DNA of 64,000 nucleotides from Octopus vulgaris (lineage: Eukaryota). The stretch covers positions 64,790,001 to 64,854,000 of the forward strand of contig OX597817.1 in assembly GCA_951406725.2 (NCBI GenBank), in the 5' to 3' direction. Position 1 is the stretch's first letter, and every line of letters starts with the position of its first letter. This document shows, piece after piece, positions 52,166 to 64,000 of the stretch. Both the position numbers and the translations under genes were made by a program. Under the pieces are notes generated by a model, which worked only from the letters and a program-made list of their open reading frames with translations, had not been told where the DNA came from and made no database searches.

Positions 52166-53619
52166 TGCTATATTAAAATTGGAATTTCAAAAATTTTACA
52201 ATTTGTTCTAAACTTTACTGGGGAATAGATATTCTCTCACAGAAAGATTACATTTTATCTTTGTTAATATATATGGAATAAGTATATTTATAATGTACAG
52301 TTCCACATTGTGAAGGAGACTGAGTACACATTGTGTACATTTACATACATAATCTGTACTCAGCTAGTCTACTGCACATTTACAGGAACTAAATACATTT
52401 TCTTTTTTAGTTTCATATTTTCATTTTTCTCACTTATATTTTTGGTTCAATCACACACTAAAATAGGATTTTAAGATAAACAGAACAAAACAAGAAGGAA
52501 AAAAACTAACAAAAAAGAAAAATGAAATGCAAATGGTGCTGAATGTGGAAAATTTTCTTCTAGATGAAAAAATTTTTCTGGTGATAATGCAAGTTATATA
52601 ATATTGTTTACAAGTTAATTTACATTGTCATAGAAACACACATGTATAAAGTTATATATACATACATATATATTTCTATATATATATATATATATACACA
52701 TGCGTGCACACAGAGACACATGCAGATACATATTTTTGAAGAAATTATCATAGTTAAAAATGAAGCCAGCAATAACAGGGAATATAAAACTTAGCATTCC
52801 TTAATTACCGAAATGAATATCCTTACATTAACAAAATTTTGTGGCTTGATGAAATTAAATAATGGCTAATAATTCCATCTTTTTGAAATTTCTCTTGACT
52901 TTAGTTTTACATCTTATATGCTTGTTCCGCTTTTGTTGCGGGACAGACATTTCTCTTCATAAATTTCTTTTCCTAATGAGTTAGCTTTTTTTTTTTTTTT
53001 AATTTTTTAATAATATATAAGAAACATTTTATTTTCAATAATTCTAGCTAAATAAGTTAAATATTATTTAATGTTGGTGTTGAAAAATGAAAAAAAATAT
53101 ATATTTGTTTCAATAATTTAGAAAAGCGAGTTTATTTTTCTTATTCCCCATTATTGCTGGTTTCGTTTTTAACTGCACTGCTTCCTCAGATGTACATTAC
53201 CGGTATAATCTATTCACAGCTAGTATCCCACACATTCATATTACATACTTGCAGAAATTAAGTATATTTTGTTGTTTCCCTTTAGGTTTTTGTTTTCCAA
53301 TTTCAAGTTTTACTTTGATTTGAATTGCATGCTGATTAAAATTGTTATAGCCGAAGCATTATTATTATTATTGATAACATAATATAAAAGCAAAACTATT
53401 ATTAACTTCAGTCTGTTGTATTTTACTCTAGAAAGTGTGAACTGAAATCGGAATGAAATGAAGAAGCTACATTTATAAAAATATATTTTAAACTGAAATA
53501 TTTACGATTTTATTTATTTATTTTTTTCCTACAAAATTTCAAGGGATTAAAAGTTACATACAAATATGTTTCTTTACTTCTTTTCTCCATTATAATTAGA
53601 AATTTACATCCATACTAAT

Positions 53620-54270
53620 ATTATACATCCATGACACATTTTGTTGGATGCACCATGGGCGATGAGAGAGAGTTGAGTGGGTCAAGGTTGTGTAAATGTT
53701 GGAGGTAGAGGACCATTGTAGAAGCAATAGAAAAGATAGAGGAAACAGCACCAGTGGACTATAAGTTGGAGTGTCTCCATTACTAATTGAGTTCCAATCA
53801 GCTGTTTGGACACAGTCAAAAATGTCAAGTGTGTGTAGCAATAGCACTGACCCAGATGTGGGCACTGTACTCAGTTGTGAGCCTGACATGAACCTTGTAA
53901 AGTGTCATCAGTGTTGGAGGCTGAAATATTTTCTAGTCTTTTGGATATGATCCCCACTTGCAATACAAATGTACTTTCACCAGTGAGAACTAGCATGTGG
54001 AGCAACTGCGAAGGTACTAAGAACCATTTATATTTAGAGGAGGTGTAGTGCATTGATGTTTTCTTGATATGAATAGTGCTTGAGCATTTTTCATTTCTAA
54101 AAGTGACAAGGTTCATATAGCCCTATTTGAATATGCTCCCAAAGTCTACATTTATGGAGTCAATGCAGGTATGGCATGTGGTGTCTAAAATTGGGTGTTG
54201 CTGATGCACGATTAGGGAGGAATGAAGAATCATGACATTGGGTTAAGAGTGGTGGAAGTGTTGGTTATTG
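53620..54270 (-). mobile_element. CR1/Jockey-group LINE 3' fragment, highly decayed
   Basis: LMTLYKVHVRLTTEYSAHIW...LDIFDCVQ resembles the post-RT LYK...RP.LEY...W motif. Confidence 0.65.
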
Positions 54271-56014
54271 TAGTAAGTAAATCATTATGGTAGTAATTGC
54301 ATCAAAGCATCAACAGAGGATATATGAGTTCACTTTTCACTAGACTCCCTTTTATTCATCTTTACACTGCCTTTGCTTATCAACTAAAAAAAGAAAACAG
54401 TTAAAAAAAATATGCAAACATTTAATTTTGTTTTGTATTAGTGTTTTTTAGTTTTCACTTTTTGTATGAGAAATAAGTATCTACTAGAAGTCTTTATAGG
54501 TTTTTATGTTGATATTTTAGAGAACTGGCACTACTTGTTTGATCAATAGTATCATTTTTATTCATTATAGTTCAACACCTGGTTTTCTAAGATTTTCTTT
54601 ATAGGGATATAATGTAATGCTTTCTTGAATTTGTTTTATACCGAAAGTCTTTTAAACAGCATAGTAGTTAAATAATTATTTTCCAGATCTAATGTTTTTA
54701 TAAAAACTCAAAAATATTTTTTTTAGAGAAAACCTTGTTAAAAATAATCTGTTTTACCCAAGAGGCTAGCATTATTATTCACTCATTACTATCTTCTCCA
54801 TTTCTTGGCTGGCATCATTGTAAGGTTCATAATCATTTGAATTGAGAAGTTTGAGATTTATTCTTAAATCCAAAATTCTTTGAATTTTGGATTTAATAAT
54901 ATTTGGTATAATTATTTCTCAGACTTATTTGGCATCCCATTAGTTATAGGTAACTTAAGAAGTCGTTGGTTGAACCATGTCTGTAGAAAATCATCCCACC
55001 CTTGAGTGAACCAAAATATATAGTTTTCATTGGTTTTATTGTAAATGCATTTGAGCATGACAAATTCTTCCATAAATGTTGTGCATTCTGGGTCTTTAAA
55101 AGAAAATGTTTATAAATATGTAAATGGACAATATCAAAGATTTGAAAGAGTTGGATTACATTGAAAGCATGCAAGAATCATCCAAGATGAAAGAGAATGC
55201 AAATCCATGAAAATCGACACCTAATGAATGAATAAGTTTTGTATAGCTTCTATGTGGTCATTCAACTTACTAGAAATAGCAGTCACATCTACCTGAAATT
55301 ACACACACTACTGTTTTGGGAAAGGACATGCTGGACAATATATTTCAAGTTACCTTTGAAAGAAAGATGGTTTTGACTGGAATTTGTTCTGCTTTAGAGT
55401 TGACTTAGCACTGAACAACAGCGATGATTTTGTGTTGGCTCTATTCTCTGTAGTTACAATTTGGTAGAGTCATTTTGGCCTTTTAGAAACACAAAATCTT
55501 ATTTCCCCCTTTGTTTATTTCTTGAGGTACCAAGATTTTCATTGCACTTCAGTAACCTGGTCACTGACATTATTTACTGGTAGATTTTTTTATAGGCATC
55601 AAGGGTTTTTCTTTCCTTTTGTGACTTTTTGACATGGGCTATCATTACTTATGGTCAATTTGTGTCTGCAAAAAATCACTTAATCATCTATAATATAAAC
55701 ATGCTAATATACCTATGTATGTTATCCTGTAAAGTGGTTAGTTGAAGGGAGAAACAAGGATAAAAAGGAGGGTCTTTAGTAGAGATGAGAAGTTAAAGAA
55801 AAGGAATGCTCTTATGTGGTTAAAATAGAAGGAAAGGCAAAGGGAAAAAGTGGGTGATATGATAGGAGTGAAAATAGAAGGAAGAGACACTACCAATATA
55901 TAATTACACACCCACACACCATACTGGGAACTGCAGAAGCTCTTAAAATGGCGATGGTGTTTTTGGTAGGGATATTGGTTAATGGAGATGGAGGACACTG
56001 AAGAGTGTAGTTTT

Positions 56015-56064
<50 letters not shown>

Positions 56065-56544
56065 AAAGAAAAAAAAATGTCAGTCACTTAACGTTTGCAC
56101 TTTAGTACAATTGATTGTCATCTGCTAAATCAAACATTTCATATTTGTTTATATTTTACTTCTATCTCAGTAATTCTCCGTGGAATGAAATGGAAGACGT
56201 AAAAATTTTGATTATTTGTAAGACAATTGACTGATGAACTATGGAAGGAAGTCAAAGACATAATATATTTAAGATAATAACAATATTTATATTTTTGGTG
56301 GCAAGACGGCAGAACCTTTAGAACCTTGAAAACAAAAAAGGTATGCAGCCTTTGTTCCAACTCTTTATGTTCTAAGTTCTGAACATAGCAAGGATGGAAT
56401 ACTGCATATCAAAATTTGTTAAAATTTTACCAAAGTAGTTGTATAGTAGTACCACAATAATATTATGAATAGATTATGTCTTCAATTTTCTTCCATAGTT
56501 TTACCTGATGTAAACTGAAGAATACTAGGTAACGACTCCGAAGG

Positions 56545-58758
56545 TCATCATCATCATTGTTTAACGTCTGTTTTCCATGCTAGCATAGGTTGGATGGTTT
56601 GACTGGGGTTTGGGAAGCCAGGAGGCTGCACCAGGCTCCATTCTAATCTGGCAGTGTTTCTACAGCTGGATGCCCTTCCTAACGCCAACTACTCTGAGTG
56701 TAGTGGGTGCTTTTTACATGCTACTGGCACGGGTATCACAACTATAATTTCCATTTGATTTTCATTTTGATGTTGATGTACTTGATGCAATAGGTCTCCT
56801 CAAGCACAGCAGGTCGCCCTACAATCCAAGGTACTTTTGAATGGGCTTGGGCTGGTTAACTCGAAACTGATGTAGGATACAACTGTGAGCTTACTTTATT
56901 TGCCAGGTCTTCGCAGTCACAGCATATCTCCAGAGGTCTCAGTCTTTCGTCATTGCCTCTGTGAGGCCTAGCATTCAAAGGTCATGCTTCACCACCTCAT
57001 CCCATGTCTTCCTGGGTCTACCTCTACCCCGGATTCCTTCAACTGTTTGGGAGTGGCACTTCTTCACACAGCTCTCCTCATCCATCTGTAGTACATGACC
57101 ATACCAGCCATAAAGTCTCTCTTGCATGCCACATCCAATGCTTCTTATGCCCAACATTTCTCTCAGGGCACTTACACTCTGTTTTGTGTGCACACTGACA
57201 TTACACATTCAGCGGATCATGCTAGCTTCATTTCTTTCGAGCCTACACGTCCTCCACAGTCACAGCCCATGTTTCACTGTTGTGAAGCATGGCAGTTCAC
57301 ACACATGCATCGTACAATCTACCTTTCACTCTGAGTGAGAGGCCCTTTGTCACCAGTAGGGGTAGAAGATTACTAAACTTTGCCCAAGCTATTCTTATTC
57401 TAGTGGTAACACTCTCTGAGCATCCACCTCCACTACTAACTTGGTCACCTAGGTAGCGGAAGCTATTGACTACTTCTAGTTTCTCCCCCTGGAGTGTGAT
57501 GGAATCTGTTTTCTGAGCATCTGTGGTGTTTATTGCCCATGTGCAACTGCCATACACGAAAGCTATCTTCCTGGTTAATCTTTCTTTGGTGTTGCTGCAC
57601 CTCTTATGTGTCTATACCTTACACTGGGTACATCTTATGGAGTTTCTACCTACATCTTTTCTACAGATCAAGCAGAGCCACCTAGCTGAGCGGGTGTATG
57701 ATGTATTCGCCTTCCTACTTACTAGATCTTTGGTCTTTGCAACATTGACTCTAAGGCCTTTCGATTCTAAACCTTGCTTCCACACCTGAAATTTCTTCTA
57801 GTTCTGGTAGTGATTCTGCTATGAGGACCAGGTCATCAGCATAGAGGAGCTCCCAGGGGCAACCCATCTTGAATTCCTCTGTTATTTATTGCCTGGAGGA
57901 CTATGATGAATAAAAGGGGACTGAGGGCTGATCTTTAGTGGACCCCTACTTCTACCTGGAATTCTTCACTATACTTATTGCCAATCCTAACCTTACTAAT
58001 GGCTTCTCTGTACACCCTTGTAGCAGTTGACTATGGTGGTGCTACACCAGTCATTGAGTATGACTCCATCATGGACTACCTGGTTTACAATGCGAGTGAC
58101 TAGGCCATGCCCACACTACCAGATGTTTTTAGCATCTCATTAGTGATTCCTGGTGGGCTGGGGGGCTTTTCCTGGCTTCATACCCTTAATTGCTTTATTT
58201 ACCAGGGAGCTGTCTATTCGGATAGCTGGTCCCTCTACTGGGTCAACATTTGGCAGGCTCTCCTCCTCCCATTCATTCTCCACGTTCAGCAGTCTTTCAT
58301 AATGGCTTCGCCAAGCCTCTTTCTTTTCCGAATCATTAAAAGCAAGTGCACCATCATCCATGCAGACACATTTCTATCCTGTGACATTGCAATTTTCTCT
58401 CACACACTGTCTTGCAATCCAAAATACTTCAGTTCTTTGGTCCTCACATTGCTGGACTTCTTATATTAGCATTGCAAACTTCTTATTTTCTGCTTCTCCC
58501 TTGGCTATGTATACCTGCTGACCAGCCTCCCTTTTGGCTAGCTGGTACAGTTCCTTGCTACCCCCACCCTTCCAGGCTTGTTTCTTTACTCTAATGACTT
58601 TGTCTACTGTACTATTCCACCACCACGTTGCTCTAGGTCTGGAAGGGACTTTGCACCATCTGCAGACTTGGTCTGTGGCACTCAGCAAGCTGTCCTGTAG
58701 GAATTTCCAGCTACTTTCTATGTCTGATGTCCATAACTCCTCCTCCTTCTCATCAAAT
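56545..58758 (-). mobile_element. 5'-truncated, decayed RTE-clade LINE
   Basis: TWWWNSTV, WRSHYERLLNVEN, MKPGKA, WELLYADDLVL, FRYLGD, GRGRPRKTWDEVV; (gat)n tail at 56545. Confidence 0.92.
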
Positions 58759-59213
58759 TTCTTGGAAACATATGAGGACTACAGGTTTCAGAAAGACTGC
58801 ATTTTCAATATTACCTTTGTGAACCTTTACACTATCTCAAGAATCAAATGTTTTAGAAAACTACAACTTTCAAAGAAAGTATATATTTTATAGTTCTCTA
58901 AACTTCTTAAATTTTGTGTTAAGTTTTCCCCATCAAACTTGCCAGATAATTTTCAGAATTTACTAGTAGTGATAGTCCTGTTTGTATCATTTTAAGGTTC
59001 TGGCTATGATGATGTTCAACGTAAAGCAATCATGGTTAGAATTAATTTTTTTGTGTATTTGTGTAAACTAACTAATAAAATGGTTCACTGAGGTGAGATT
59101 GTCTGCTAGACTGGTTGTTGTACCTTAAACATAGAGATATGTTGATTTAAATTAATTTGAGTAAGAGAAGGAATTCAATTGTTAATGAAGAATTTAGAAG
59201 TCTAAGAGTTTAA

Positions 59214-59434
59214 CCCTTTAGCATTTAAACTGGCCGTATCTGGCCAAAAGTATTCTGCCTGTTTTATGTTCAAACTGGCCAGATCTGATCTCTCACACCA
59301 ACCCTACAATATTGTTTTAGAAATTAACAGCTACCTCATCAAAATCTCATAGCTACAAGATAATGCATGATTAGTTCAAAACAATGTGGATAAAGAAGCA
59401 TTAATTTTGGCAGAATAATGTGAACACTAAAGGG
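59214..59434 (+). mobile_element. Full-length 221 bp TTAA MITE (piggyBac-type)
   Basis: TTAA-CCCTTTAG ... CTAAAGGG-TTAA. Confidence 0.92.
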
Positions 59435-60919
59435 TTAAGGGTAAATGAAGGTTGTAACATTTTTTACTTTTCACAGAGCAAATTGGTGTCTTGGATGATT
59501 GGAAGATAAACTGAAATAGCGGCTTAGTGAAGGATTGCTATTTTTGAGAACTAGTAGAAATTCTGCATCACTGCTTAAATGTACATATATATGATGTAAT
59601 AACAGTTGCAACAGTAGTATTGTGGTTGTGCTTTAGCATCACCTGTTTGAGGGACCATTAAATGAAGCATTATCAAATTCAGCTCTCCACTTTTAATTAT
59701 TGTTTTCAGATGTAAGATGACCGCAACAAGTATTTAGTTATATAGAGGTTCAAATAAGCCAATTATTTATTCAAGAGTAACATGCACAGAAATAGGCAAT
59801 GTTTTGTTATGCAGGTAATTGGGACTTCGGAAGTTTATGTGCAAACCATAACCTTGGTAACCGTCTTTTAACCTTGGATTTGGCTATATAATAATGTTTC
59901 TTTTGGGATTCCCAATAACAATCTATTGAGAGCAAGAATTGATAATGATTTCTTACCTTTGATCATGATGTCTAACTTATGAAAGAGGGTTTATGAAGAT
60001 GTTCATGAAAGAGGATTTATGAAAGATGTTCATGTTTTTCTCTAGTATTAGCAGAAACAATAGTTTAAAAATACTTGCATTTGATGAGAATACTCTCACC
60101 AAATGATATTATTTGATATAAGCATTCCTCTTGCTCTAGTGTGTGTTCTATGATGTATTAATGCAATTGTTTTTAACTATTACTAGATTATCAATAGTTT
60201 TTCACTGAAAATTCAAATTTTATGCATTCAGATGCAAGATATTTATGCCTTTCTCAAAAGTATTTGTTAACTGAATCTGTTCTGACTGGACAAGAAAGAT
60301 CAGGTTGTATGCTTTCTTCTCTGTACCTTAATGTTTTTTTTTTAATTGCTTGCATTTAACAACAGCATCTTTGATATTTGTTCAAAAAACAAGGGTTTCA
60401 AAGGATTAATCACAGGTTCTTCACAATATGCAGTGAATATCTAAAAGTATGTCTTCACAAATACACACTTATATAAAATACAATATTAACTGTAAGTTCA
60501 TAAAATATTTATTCTTCATATATATTAATTTACATATGGATATTAATATTGATGTCAGCTAGAATATATTTGACATTGACAAGCCCATAAATTTATGGTA
60601 ATAGAAAGTGGAGTTGGTAGTATATAATATTGTGATGTTCATAGACCTTTTGTATGGACAAGAATCTAGACAAATGGGGATATATTTTGGGGTAAATCAT
60701 CTTGCCCTTAGGGTAGTATGGATTGAAAAGCTCAGTTTTATCATGATTGAATAGAAATACCTAAACATTGCTCTGTTTATTCAAATGTTTATAATGTCTT
60801 TACCTTTAGTCTGATTATTGTAAAAACTGGTAGTATTGCATAAAAAATTTCTTTTAAATGTAAGTAGTCATTTGTGTTAAAAATAATGTTATGTAGTGTT
60901 AATAATAATGATTTTAAAT

Positions 60920-61110
60920 TTTGGCACAAGGTCAGCAATTTTTGGGAAGGGGTTAAGCCAATTACATCAACCCCAGTGCTTAATTGGTACTTATTTTATC
61001 AACCCTGAAAGGATGAAAAGCAAAGCCAACTTCAATAGAATTTGCTCTCAGAATGAAATGCTGCTAAGCATTTTGCCCAGCATTCTAACGATTTTGCCAG
61101 CTCGCTGCCT
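60920..61110 (-). mobile_element. SINE family C, reversed
   Basis: ggtacttattttatcaaccctgaaaggatgaaaagcaaag...gccagctcgc is the reverse complement of the 39345 copy. Confidence 0.8.
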
Positions 61111-61689
61111 TAATAATAATAATAATAAGAAGAAGAAGAAACAGATTGAACTTAGGTATTAAGTAATGATGGAGAAAAAATATATATCTCTCTTATTGCC
61201 CCCTCTAAAGCATTGTGGCCATTTTTAAAAGACAGCTTCATTTTTAAAAGAAAGAGAAAAATGGCAAAAATTCAGCAGCTTGTGGAGATTGATGTCAACA
61301 ATGAACATTGCAGAATGTAAGTTGATCATATAGGAAGGGGGTTAAACCTTTTCCCCATAGATTAGAGAATCCATAACCTACTTTGAAGCAAATGTAAACA
61401 AGAGTGGTCTTCATGTGATTTCAAATGGTATAGGACCCTTAAATACTAAATGACATTGATTTTTATGAAGACTGTGGCAAGTGGAGTAATCAGGAATTTT
61501 ATTTTACTAAAGAGTACTAGAAATTGAATGTTTATTAATAATAATTTTTAAAAACTAAAGTTATGAAACTCCAGTTCTCTTTTGTAAATTGTAGAAGCAT
61601 AGCATGGTTGACAAATTCTGTGGAAGAATTAAAAATCAATGGGGTCTGCTACAGGTTATTTTCTTTTGAATCATATCCATTTCTACTCT

Positions 61690-61891
61690 AGGCACAAGGC
61701 CCAAAATTTTGGGGGGAGGGGGGTCAGTTGATTAGATTGACCAAGTATGCAACTGGTACTTACTTTATTGACCCTGAAAGGATGAAAGGCAAAGTCGAAC
61801 TCTGCAGATTTTGCACTCAGAATGGAACGATGGGTGAAATACTGCGAACCATTTTGCCCTGTGTGCTAACGATTCTGCCAGCTCACCGCCT
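61690..61891 (-). mobile_element. SINE family C, reversed
   Basis: ctgaaaggatgaaaggcaaagtcga...tctgccagctcaccgcct. Confidence 0.8.
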
Positions 61892-64000
61892 TTTGAATCA
61901 TATCGTGAACACAGTCTTCAGCAGTGCCCCTACACAACTTATATAACATCACTTTCTTGAGAAGTGTGTGGTGTTCATGTTTTGTACTTTTTAATGATAC
62001 AATTTGGCAAGCCCTTTGAGGAAGTTTGATGCATTTGGTGTTCTGAATGTAGGATAAACATGGGCAGGGTAGGAATTCCATGTGTCGATGCTTTGGAGAT
62101 GAAATATTGGGATTTGTTGTCTCTTGTCACTTGGATCAGAAGCTTGATTGCAACACATACTGATTGATGGTGTTATTTCTGTCTCATTCTGCCACTTAGG
62201 TTTTCCCCAAGGTTTGCTAGTTGCTAATAATTACCTTTTGAACTTCCATTAGTGAAGTTGACAATAATAATGACTGACTTTCTTGTATGAATAATAAGCG
62301 GCCAATTTTTGTTGAGAAAGTTACAATTGACTTCATCATCTCTAGTGTATTCCTCATTATCATTGTTTTTGATTGTTTTTTTCAATGTTTGTATGAATTG
62401 GACAGGACTTATTGATGCAATATTCTTGGCTTGATACCCTTCCAGTTGTCATCCTTTACTTTTTTTTTTCAAGTGAGGTATGATCTTCATACATTGAAAC
62501 TGCTGAGCATGGTTGTGCTGTTGCCCACAAAATTGATGTGAAGAAACACAAACAAAAATATTCACACACACACAACTAGTTTCTGCACATTTTCTGTCTA
62601 CTAATTTCCCTCATTATACTGCTTTAATAAAAGACACTTATCAAAAGTGCCACACACTTGGCTGGAACGTGAAATCTTGTGGTTATGAAGCATACTTTGT
62701 TGCCACCCAACCATGCCTATTTTTTCAGACACAGAAAGATGAAACTTAAGTAATATTAAGCAGTACCTCTTCTGCTAACTCTACCAACATTTTCATTGAC
62801 AATTATAAGAAAGATTAAAAGAGACTTATGAAAAACTTAAATGTGCTTACTATTTTTTCTAAGCATTTATAAAAATTAAATTACACGTCTAATTACCTTC
62901 ATGAAATTGTAAGTTCTCTTTAAATGCCATTTCTAATACCTACAGTACTCATTGGATTAGAATATATTGGTAGATTGATTTTTTTTTCTACTTTCTTAAT
63001 CATACTGAAAAATTATACATGTATTACTTAGAACTTTTTTATGTTAACTTTTAACATCCTGTTCAGTTTTGTAATGAATGAACAGAAAATATGTAAAAAT
63101 AGGTTTGTTTATTCAAATGCTTATAGTATTTTGACTTGAGGTTAGATCATTGTGTAAAAATTGGCAGTATTGCAGAAAAAAAACTTAGTTTTTTTTTTTA
63201 ATATAAGTAGCCATTTGTGCTAAAAATAATGTTATGCATGTGCAGTTAATTAATTACATAATAACTAGATGCACTCAAAAATAACAGATACACTAAAAAA
63301 GGTGATGGAAAGAATGATGCTAGTAATAAATACAATTGGTCATTGACATACTAATATCACAAGGAAAAAAAAATTCTCTGACCTTTTTGCAGCTTATCCA
63401 TTATGAAATTTACAGGTAAAATGTTACTCTGATCATAAACAACATACCCAAGAATGCACAAATTTCAACGTGTAGGAACAAAGTTGACAACCTCTTTTTG
63501 TTCTGCTTTCAAATTAGTTTAGCAGCTGTACTGATGAAAACTCAGTGGAAAACAATTGAAAAAAATACTCAACAAGCTTTACATCAAGTCCTAAGGGAAT
63601 TTTTGGGATCAACAACATTTGTGTAAGAAGTTCAGTACCTAACCACTTTTTAGGCAGTATTTAGTTAAAGTCACTTGATGGAAAAATCTGATGAATTGAA
63701 GTCAGTGTTAACAGAAGAAATAGATGTATTACTCTGATTGTAATGTCAAGCCTTATCGGCCATTACTTCATTGATTAAATCATCAAACAAGTTGTCAATT
63801 AAGGAATGATTAGTAGCCATTTTTCAAAGAAGGTTTCAATTTTTTTTTTTAAAAGAAGGGGGGAAAAAATTGCAAAATTACAGTAACACTGATGTTAATA
63901 ACAAATATTACAGAATATAAGATAAATGACTACTGAAGGATTAAAGTTTCCTTTAAAATGATCCACAAGGTTAGTTCAATTTGTGTGGTTTCAGGCAATA

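Noticed and set aside
59476-59520. Coding exon after a strong acceptor (ttttacttttcacag)
   Set aside because: Stops within 13 codons in all frames and no nearby donor.
59978-60034. ~25 bp tandem duplication
   Set aside because: Ordinary replication-slippage duplication.

Overview
AT-rich, repeat-dense animal genomic DNA. The SINE, RTE and microsatellite content resembles a coleoid cephalopod, probably Octopus (inference, no search run). No prokaryotic features and no intact protein-coding ORF were found; nearly all tracked ORFs are microsatellite or low-complexity artefacts or decayed transposon fragments. The window has three zones. (1) 1-15.6 kb is CpG-poor and TE-dense: two RTE LINEs, a Penelope-like element, a Tc1/maT element, SINEs, and a recent ~0.9 kb tandem duplication carrying an inverted repeat. 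(2) ~15.7-25.4 kb retains CpG, is almost TE-free and looks like a divergent promoter region, with a candidate minus-strand exon ending ATG|GTAAGA at 16090 and plus-strand 5' exons ending ATG TCA G|GTAAGT at 24329. (3) 25.4-64 kb is CpG-poor, T-rich and probably intronic, with decayed piggyBac, Helitron, mariner, CR1-like and RTE copies, MITEs and SINEs. The best leads are a PHD-type zinc finger inside the RTE reverse transcriptase, a sharp Helitron-piggyBac junction, and several hairpin or structured-RNA candidates. None proves a new biological system. Coordinates were read by eye, so the ends of decayed elements are approximate.
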